A DNA stretch of 63,993 nt, filler included, from Porpidia crustulata (lineage: Eukaryota), in the NCBI GenBank assembly GCA_964255105.1. It is 9 parts of 9 records of this genome, joined end to end, with 100 filler letters (N's around TTAATTAATTAA, not from the genome) between each part and the next. Parts side by side here need not be neighbours in the genome. Positions count along the whole stretch, not along the records: positions 50,060 to 57,074 come from CAXUWE010001408.1; positions 57,175 to 63,993 come from CAXUWE010001452.1; 7 more parts are not named here. One strand, given 5' to 3'. Shown here in pieces: positions 53,446-63,993 of this stretch (its first letter is position 1; the number at the start of each line of letters is the position of its first letter). The position numbers were made by a program, and so were the translations under genes. The notes below the pieces were generated by a model, which ran no database searches, was not told where the DNA came from, and worked only from the letters and a program-made list of their open reading frames with translations.

Positions 53446-54984
53446 TTATCGTGGAATCACTCGCTGCCGTTTTTCTGATGAAGACGCTCTGCGCTTCAGC
53501 CTTGTAGAATAGCGCACCTGTAGCGTTGCTCGAGTTCCCCTGGGAAGGCACCCTCAATTTCATCCCACGACAAGCATTTTATCTCCTTCATATCAATCAG
53601 CTTTGCGTCCTCTTTCTCCGTGAACCGAGTGCCCTTGATTTGGGACGGCAGACCTGATCCAGTCTTCCTGGCTTGAGTGGGTTAGACGGGAAGAGCCAGC
53701 AGACCCTGTAGCGAAGCCGGCCTGTGACGTATGTTGAGGGCCTGCAAGGACGCAGAGCTCATGAAGCTGTTCTAAGCTGAACTCCATACTGTATCGTATC
53801 TCATCCCCGATCGTCGTGCGTTTAAGAAATCCGTGCATAGGCCATTCGTGATCTCTTCACTCGTATGGGACGTCGGCTCCTCATCATTCGAAGAGGAACA
53901 GGTGGAGTTTTTTTGGAATCTGAGCAATGTACACTCCGGTTATGCCTGTACTGGTGCCGAACGGCTATCGCGAGGCCGTCGAAGGCGACGCTTGCAGATA
54001 CGCTTCGAGGCGCGATCCCTTGAGGAGCGAGACAGCCGGAGCCACTTGGCGGGCCGTGGGCCATCACTGTCGTCACTGTCTTGGTCGTGGTTATCATCAC
54101 CGTCACCGTTGCCACTGCTGTTGTGGTTGTGCTCCTCCTGCTCCTCCCGCTCTTCCAGCTCAGCCTCTTGATGTTGTTGCTCCTTCTCCCTCTCATCGTC
54201 CTTGTCTGAGATATCAAGAGGGGGATGGCTTAGCTCTCTTGATGCGTTTTGACCGATAGGGCAGCTAGCATCATCTTGGCTTACCAGTTCCTGCAATGAC
54301 TCGCTAGGGGGGTGTAGAGAGGGTTCACAAGGGGAAGCAGGCATCGCACTATCTTGGTTGACGAGGGCCAAGCGCAATATCTCGTTAAAATGGTAATCTT
54401 CGAGACTATTGGCGCCGCCAAGGTCATCCCCTAGGCTAGAATATGTCGTCAGAGAAGGAAATATATCCACTCGTTGGCCGGCACCATCAGCGTTTGAGTC
54501 AGTGTTATCTGACTTGTCTTCGTCAATAAGTACTGGATTCTCGGCACATTGTTAGAAGCTGCTTAACCCGCAACAAGGCAGAACTGATGCACGTACCTTG
54601 GCTGTCGCCTAGATCCACTGATCTTGATTGTGCTGTATTGGCATAGACGCCGTTTCCCCGAGGAGATCGCTGGTTAGCCGTCTGCAATGCGTGCTCAAGG
54701 TCTTCAGGGTCTTCTATCGAGATTCCCTTGTATAGAGTAGGGTAGAGGAGCTCAAGCGTTGGTAAGTTGTCCTCGCTGACTGCGTCCTGATCTCGGCCCA
54801 ATCTCCCTTTGTGGTGCGGTGCTACTGGGTGCTTAGGGTTGATGTGCAGTAGAGCAGTATGTTTACTGCCAAACAATGGTTTCATGAAAGGGGTTGGTAA
54901 AACTGGACAGAATCCATGTTGACTGTGGCCATCGTACAGGAATTTAGGAGCAGAAAAAAGAGTACATAATGTGAGAATGCTCAT
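53446..54984 (-). pseudogene. MYB/SANT-domain protein with an acidic low-complexity region, frameshifted
   Basis: EWPMHGFLKRTTIGDEIRYSMEFSL; FTEKEDAKLIDMKE / LSWDEIEGAFPG / ATLQVRYSTRLK spread over shifted frames. Confidence 0.7.
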
Positions 54985-57637
54985 TCTCCGAACAGTGGAA
55001 GAGAGGGTCTATATAATCACCCGGGAGCAGCTTTCAGCTGGAATGTAGCCCCTTCATGCCGACGGTTATTCAATTCCTTGCAACTGCCGATTATAGCTGC
55101 TGCACCGATAGAAGGGCGCTGGCTGAAACAGCGCACGTATGAATCTCTCCCGCTTTGATTCCTCATCGACCTGCCTGTAGACAACAGCTGACGTACTCTG
55201 CCTGGATTGACTGCTCATCAGGGGCAACGATTGGCGTTGCAGGATTCTCGAGAATCCACCCCAACCATCCACATCGCCATTCAGGATCCAAGCCTGCCCT
55301 TCCACCACCAAATCTGTGATTTCAAAGGAGCTTCGCCTTTCCTACACCTTCCTTGTTTTATGCCCCTACATCGACCCAGCTTTCCCTGCCGCCAATCCTT
55401 AACTGCTATATCGAGTCGACTGCAGCCCTCGTATTCATAGATAGGCAGCTGACGACGGTGCGAGCGGACGCCAATCCTCAACTGCAGACAGATTCCACCG
55501 GCATAAGCACAATCCGAGACAGCTAGACGTCGCAGCAAGGCAGAATGCAGTCCCGTTGCTATGAGGCTTTTTTTTATTGGTCTTGACCGTATACACCAGC
55601 GCCTTGGCCTTGAAAATCTTTGCCGTCGCAATCTCCGAGGCGCTCTCCTCTCGCAGGTTATAACGCTCACCCTTCCCTTGCAGGTGCCTTCTCGTACTCC
55701 GCTTCTTCCTCCTAGCTGCGCCTAATCACAAAACTGCTTGATCGACATAAGCGGTTACAGTCCACCAATTCTCTGCTACCACGTCGAGTGGATATCGGCC
55801 CTCAAGAGCAGCTGACAACGATGCAGACGCACGCCCAGTCTCATCCTGCAGGCGCAGGCCGTGAGACATCAGGGGCATAGGAAGGCAGAATTCATCGCCG
55901 TCGCCGCCGCCGCAAGGCATTTTCGATATTGGCCCTATTGCAGAGGCACATGCATGGCCTCGTAAACAAGGAGTGCAGCAATCGCACCGGGATCATGTGT
56001 ATCCACCCCGACCACCACAGGCATGCGAGACAGGAGACGAGGGCTCAAAGTACGCGAACGAGAAGCCGAGGTGTCGAGAGAATTGGTAGAGGCTGTAGTG
56101 TGTGAGTTTGAAGGCTCTCGAGCAGACGGCGTTTGAATTGCAACGCGCTGACGAGGATCCATAGCCATGATCACCAACACACACTCTCAGAGACCTCATG
56201 CAAGCCAGCGCAGCGATATCACAGCTGCTGCGAGGGAGGGATCGGTCAGCTGGCTATAACCGCCGTGTTCTCGAGCTGCGGCGAGGCCGAACGACCCAAA
56301 GAAGGGTCCAGGGACCCTGGGTGGGAGGGATGGAGCAGCGCATGAGTTCGGCGAAGCGAGAAACCGGTAACGAGCGACAGAAAGTTGGAAAGGGACGCAG
56401 AGGGAATTAGAAGGAGCGGAGGGGGGAGGGCGGTATTTATCGTTGTCGAGAAAAGCAGCAAGGCAACCGCGCACGCGCCTTCCCCGATCGGGGGGGCCGC
56501 TAAACCCGGGGGGTGCGACACCACGACTGAGATTACGATTAATATTTAAACGTAAATTAAATTCTTTAAATAAACAGACAATGACTGCAGTATTAAAAGT
56601 AGTGTTTTTAATCTTTTAAGGCTTTTCCGCCTTTTTTTTTTTTTTGATTTTCATTTTCGGATCAACCATTTTGCACACAGCGATAGAGAGGCGGGTGTTG
56701 CCGCGAGATTTTGGTCTACACGACCTCGATGTCTCGTGATCTTTATATATTGTGATCAATTGATGTCTCGATTGTGAGTGAGTGGTCACCGACGTTCAAG
56801 TCTTCTTGCACCATGTCTCGAAATTGGATCCATGGTGTTCGCACTCGCACCCACCACCCGCTTCATTGCCCTCTACCCATGAATCCTTGACTCCATCCCA
56901 CGGAAATCCCAACCCACCAATAATCTCCCTTGTGCAACATCCCATCCACCGCCGCTTACACCTTTACAACAAAACCAAGCACCCACGGCCTTCTTCAATA
57001 ATATAGTACAGCAATGGATCGGCCCGACCTCGCCTCCATCCTCGCAACCCTCGCCGCCTACGCTCCCCCTCAACNNNNNNNNNNNNNNNNNNNNNNNNNN
57101 NNNNNNNNNNNNNNNNNNTTAATTAATTAANNNNNNNNNNNNNNNNNNNNNNNNNNNNNNNNNNNNNNNNNNNNCAGAAAACTACCAAAACACAAGAAAC
57201 CCATCCCTCCATCAAATAAGAATCTTGCGTGTGGAACGAGGTTGTGGGTAAAGATCTACCTACGTCAAAGGAGACAGGGGGGGTTTACTTATCACTAGTC
57301 AAAAGAATAACAGCATGGCATGACATACAATCAATAGCACGGTGAGGAGAAATGGTTTTCAAAGTCTATGCCTAAACGGCCATGTAAGTAGGGTACACGG
57401 CCAACAAAGAGAAAAGAACGTCACAGATTAGGACACACTCCCGTCATTGACAACCTCCCATCGGCGCAAGTGATTTCGCGGCCAAACGAACACCACAGAT
57501 GCATAAAGGAACCGCCGTTGGTCTATGACATTGCCCGGTTTGAACTTGCTTATGTAGAGATTGAAGAGAGCAAGTTGATATCTCTTCCTTATAGCAACAC
57601 ACATGAGCGGATCTCACTCAATTTTCTCCGTAACAAT

Positions 57638-60347
<2,710 letters not shown>

Positions 60348-61206
60348 GTTGGTGTTTTGGACCGTATAGACAGTCTCCGGAGGCAGAAGCTGGTCGGGTT
60401 GGTGGGATCTGGAGAGATACTTTATTAACCGGAGGTGTTTGTTGTCGATGGAAGCTTTGATGAACTGTAAGGAGACGGGTCGTCTTGAAGGAGAGATTCG
60501 AAGATGGATGTTCGTTGGTGAACTCGAAGGTGCTGCAAGTGCAAGAGCGCAAGTGAATGATGTACTGGGGTTCTCGATCAAGCTTAGCGTAATCGGCTTA
60601 CTTAATGGCTCCGTGTCCTTAGAAGACGATCGAACGTGCCAGACTCACCGGAATTTATATATTGTTTTTTCAAAATCCATGCACGCCGTAAAGAACACTA
60701 CTCCAGTCTTCCACTATCACCATCACTCTGGTGTGCATTGAATCTGTCAAGCCATCACGAGTGCTCCTGACACCAACTACGACACTTTGACAAAAGAAAG
60801 ACGTTGGACGGTCCCATTGTTGCCTCCGATCATCACCACCCCATTACTTGAATTGATGGATCTGTGAAAGAGGATAACGGAATGCTGTCCAATGCGTACT
60901 TGATGTCTATCTTGTTGGAGATATCTTGCATCGATTTTTCAATCCTATGGCGGCGTCCTTTAGTGTCTTTTGGTCAGATCTACATTGCTCAATGTCTTCG
61001 TCTCAACAACTTATTACTGAATCATATCTTTTGACGGTGACTCTCAACTCTTAATGTGGTAGACGGTATCTGATGGTTTCACTCGTACTGCTGAAACCCA
61101 CCTAACCCAAGATCGAAATGTTGGATACTTTCATCCAGACCGATACCATATCATCTCAAATAGTTCTTGCTTTCGATCACTGCAAGCTTCAACCAGCATT
61201 TCCCTC

Positions 61207-61734
61207 ATGTTTAAAGAGCAATACTTCACTACCGAAGAAATTGCCAGCTTCACCAGTAAACCCATCAAACCTCTCTTCGTCTACGGCTCCCTCATGGTCC
61301 CCGCCATCCTCTCCCTCGCCATCAACATCACCAACGACCCCATAAACCCCCAACCAAGCGACACCCCATCAACACCATCTACCCTCGCCGGATTCCAGCG
61401 CTTCCTCATCAAAGACTCCATCTTCCCCGCCGTGCTCGACGGCTTCCCCAATTCCACCGTCAACGGCCTCGTCCTCTTCGGCCTCACCTCCCTCCAGCGC
61501 GGACGCATCGATAACTTCGAAGGCGGCCTCTACTCGCGGGAGACTTGGGATGTGACGATTACTCTTGCGTCGGGGGAGGAAGTGGTTATTGACGCCGATG
61601 TCTATGTCTGGGGCCGAGACTCGAGTTTGTTGGAAGATCCTAGGGATCGGGTATGGGATCTGGATGAATTCTCCAAGACGGAGTTTTGCAAGGGATGTGT
61701 TGCAGCGGCGAGCAAAGTAGCCGGAAAGCTTTGA
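61207..61734 (+). CDS. AIG2-like gamma-glutamylcyclotransferase
   Basis: PLFVYGSLM, FPAV, VNGLV, IDNFEGGLYSR, ADVYVW, VWDLDEF. Confidence 0.85.
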   Translation: MFKEQYFTTEEIASFTSKPIKPLFVYGSLMVPAILSLAINITNDPINPQPSDTPSTPSTLAGFQRFLIKDSIFPAVLDGFPNSTVNGLVLFGLTSLQRGRIDNFEGGLYSRETWDVTITLASGEEVVIDADVYVWGRDSSLLEDPRDRVWDLDEFSKTEFCKGCVAAASKVAGKL

Positions 61735-62413
61735 GCCTCTTCAGCCATACAGCTGTCGACTAAGATGCTGCTTACTCTTCTTCAAAGATCTGTCAAATAG
61801 CACCTTTGATCAAAATCGTTCAATCTTATAGCTCTAGAAGTCGCCTACCTATTATTTAGAAGATCTAGAAATGGCGGCGTCTACCAAACGCTACCACTGG
61901 TTTGCATACCATCCTACCACAACTCAATCAAACCCACCCCCATCTGGTCCAATCATCTCACTCATCCAAACCCTCTCTCCCACAACCAGTCCTCCTCAAC
62001 CTCATAGTTTTATAGACCATAGACCACATGCCAAGCTGGAATATGGCGGCAAAGAAATGATGCCAGTCCAAGTGGTAGAAAAGGTTGAGTATGGTGGTTT
62101 TAAGGCTTAGAAATAGTAGTTAAGAAGCCTCGAGCTCCGGGCCTCGAAGAAAAGCCGTTCACTGAATTTAGGTCTAGATACAGGGGAATCACATCAAATA
62201 CGGCGGAAATACTCTTTGGAAACCTACGCGTCAAAGCCGGAAGCACTGACCTGAAGATGTCGCAGCAACTCCTCATTCACCTAATCTGTAATGCATCCAT
62301 CCCAGTCTATACCATTCTACCCATGAGAAACCGCCCAAACTCCATGTAACTTCCCAACCCCCATGTATTCCCAAATTCCTCTGCATCCTCATATAGAAAC
62401 CACCACCGCCCAC

Positions 62414-63993
62414 TCAAGGAGCATCTTCAATATACGGATCCACCGCCACATTATCAATGCGCACCGTATTTGCCACACCATCCTTGCAATCAAAAACCAC
62501 TTGAAACACATCCGCGGCCGACTCCGCCTGGAAGAACGAATTCACAGTCCCCCACTGCCCCGCTGTCGTCCCGGCCATATTATCTGGAGACGTCACACTA
62601 CCCTGGCTGTTGCCAAAGGGATACTTGATCATGACCGAACAAGCGCCTGTTGATTTCTCAAACATGTAGTCCATGGAGATGGAGTAACTAGTTCCGGCGC
62701 AAGTCTTCATGGTCTGCGAGAGCTTGAGGGAGCTAGCGCCATTAGAGGAGGAGTCGGGGGTTGAAAAGACGGCGTAAGAGCAGGTCCCGCCATTTTTAGA
62801 GCTGCCCGGCTGGACCACTGCAGATGTGGTGGAACCGATGATGCTGTCTATGTCCCAAAGATCTGGAGGGCTAACGCCAGTTTCGAAGTTGCCGTTTTGG
62901 ATGGCGGGGCCGGGGTTGCAATGTCCGGGAGTCGCAGCGGTGCTGAGGATGAGATCATGGGGTCAGCAAATTCTGGAATCGAGCTGAAATTAGGGCGATG
63001 TAAACTTACGAGAGCGAATATATATAAGACCGAGATACACTGTAATAATCGGGTCCGCGATATTGGCCGTAGTTGTTGCCATACGAGCGGTCCCAAGTCT
63101 CATTGTATAGTGAGCAGTAGAGACCTTGCGGCATACTGTCTTTGGAGAGAACGAAGGCGTTAAAGAAGTTGCAGGTCTGGTAGGTACCATCGGTTGCTGG
63201 GTGTTTACTGTTGTCCTCTGTCTGAATCTTGCAAGCGTCGGCACAAGTCTGTGGGTCGTAGCCTTGGCTTTGGCTGAACGGAAAAAATCTGAAGCCCATA
63301 TACGTGTCCCATCCATTGGATTCAAGCGGAGCATTGATAGCACCACCCACCTCTGTAGGTCCACTAAGACCGGCGATGGAAAGAGGAGGTGCTGTCTTGT
63401 CATATCCTGAGCAGACGACATCAGCTATCAATAAGCAAAATCCGAGTTTTGGAAGGCCAGCGTACCGTTAGAGGCGACAATGACAACCTGAAAAGCACCA
63501 CGGTATTGTTCAGTGTTGCATACTTCTCGTCCGACTATAGGAGCCCCCCATAAAGTGCACTTGTAATTGGTTGTGCTGGGCGGATTGGCGCAACTCTCAG
63601 AATTGGGATCTACACTCGGATCGCGCTCAATGTACATATTGAACGCTTGGCAGCCATCTGCTTGATCGCATTTGGAAGCACACCCAGTAGTATCATAGCC
63701 TGTCAGAGTGTATAGAGCCATGTAAGTAGAAGCACTCAACGCTCCGGCTAGATTAATAAATGCGGGCGCATAACCGTCTGGTGTGACGGCGCTCATAGCC
63801 ATTGCCTAATGTTCTGTCAGCTGATATCAAAGACTGACATTGGAAGGTTTACCTGGAAGACCTGGGAAGACGCAAAAGCCTCAACAGTATCTGGATCAGG
63901 AACGGGCCCAGATCCAGGTGGCTGAGCCGCACATTCACCATCTCTTTGTACGATTTTGGCTCTTTGCCTTGGTCGAGGTGTAAATAATATTTC
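62414..63993 (-). CDS. Secreted Cys-rich protein (PAN/apple-like modules plus a C-terminal carbohydrate-binding-like domain), 5'-truncated by the window
   Basis: YDTTGCASKCDQADGCQAFNMYIERDP..C.NPPSTTNYKCTLWG; YDPQTCADAC..CNFFNAF..CSLY; IQNGNFETG..W, LSQTMKTCAGTSYSIS, IDNVAV; introns. Confidence 0.75.

Larger units (their letters stand above)
50068..56685. mobile_element. Candidate non-autonomous cargo-carrying element or Starship-derived segment
   Basis: Bracketed by motif A (left, preceded by TATCG) and inverted motif B (right, ending CGATA); carries MYB/SANT, APH and kinase relics; no recombinase or transposase seen. Confidence 0.4.

Overview
Intron-containing filamentous ascomycete (Pezizomycotina-type) DNA that is not one locus. 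It is nine unrelated ~7 kb contigs joined by artificial 100-bp spacers (44 N + TTAATTAATTAA + 44 N), and contig lengths fall monotonically (>=7074, 7063, 7060, 7052, 7047, 7042, 7021, 7015), so neighbourhood is only meaningful within a contig. Contigs 1, 2, 4 and 9 carry mostly housekeeping genes: Cwc25 tail, Rho3, Vps64/Far9-like FHA protein, Pfs2, DGAT1/ARE-type MBOAT, Ase1, Csn5, mitochondrial GluRS, type I DnaJ, Cdc48, AIG2/GGCT and a secreted Cys-rich protein. Contigs 3 and 5-8 look accessory. The main items of interest are: (i) a head-to-head HerA/FtsK-like P-loop ATPase and Mx-like dynamin pair; (ii) a head-to-head pair of uncharacterised genes sharing an 'LPLxxRxx(V/I)RDxW' module; (iii) a spliced 23-aa metallothionein missed by the ORF track; (iv) two terminal motifs shared between contigs 5 and 8 that bracket a 6.6-kb block with MYB/SANT and kinase relics, possibly a Starship-derived or other mobile element; (v) a solo LTR with a perfect 5-bp target-site duplication. 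All family calls come from motif recognition by eye; no database search was run.
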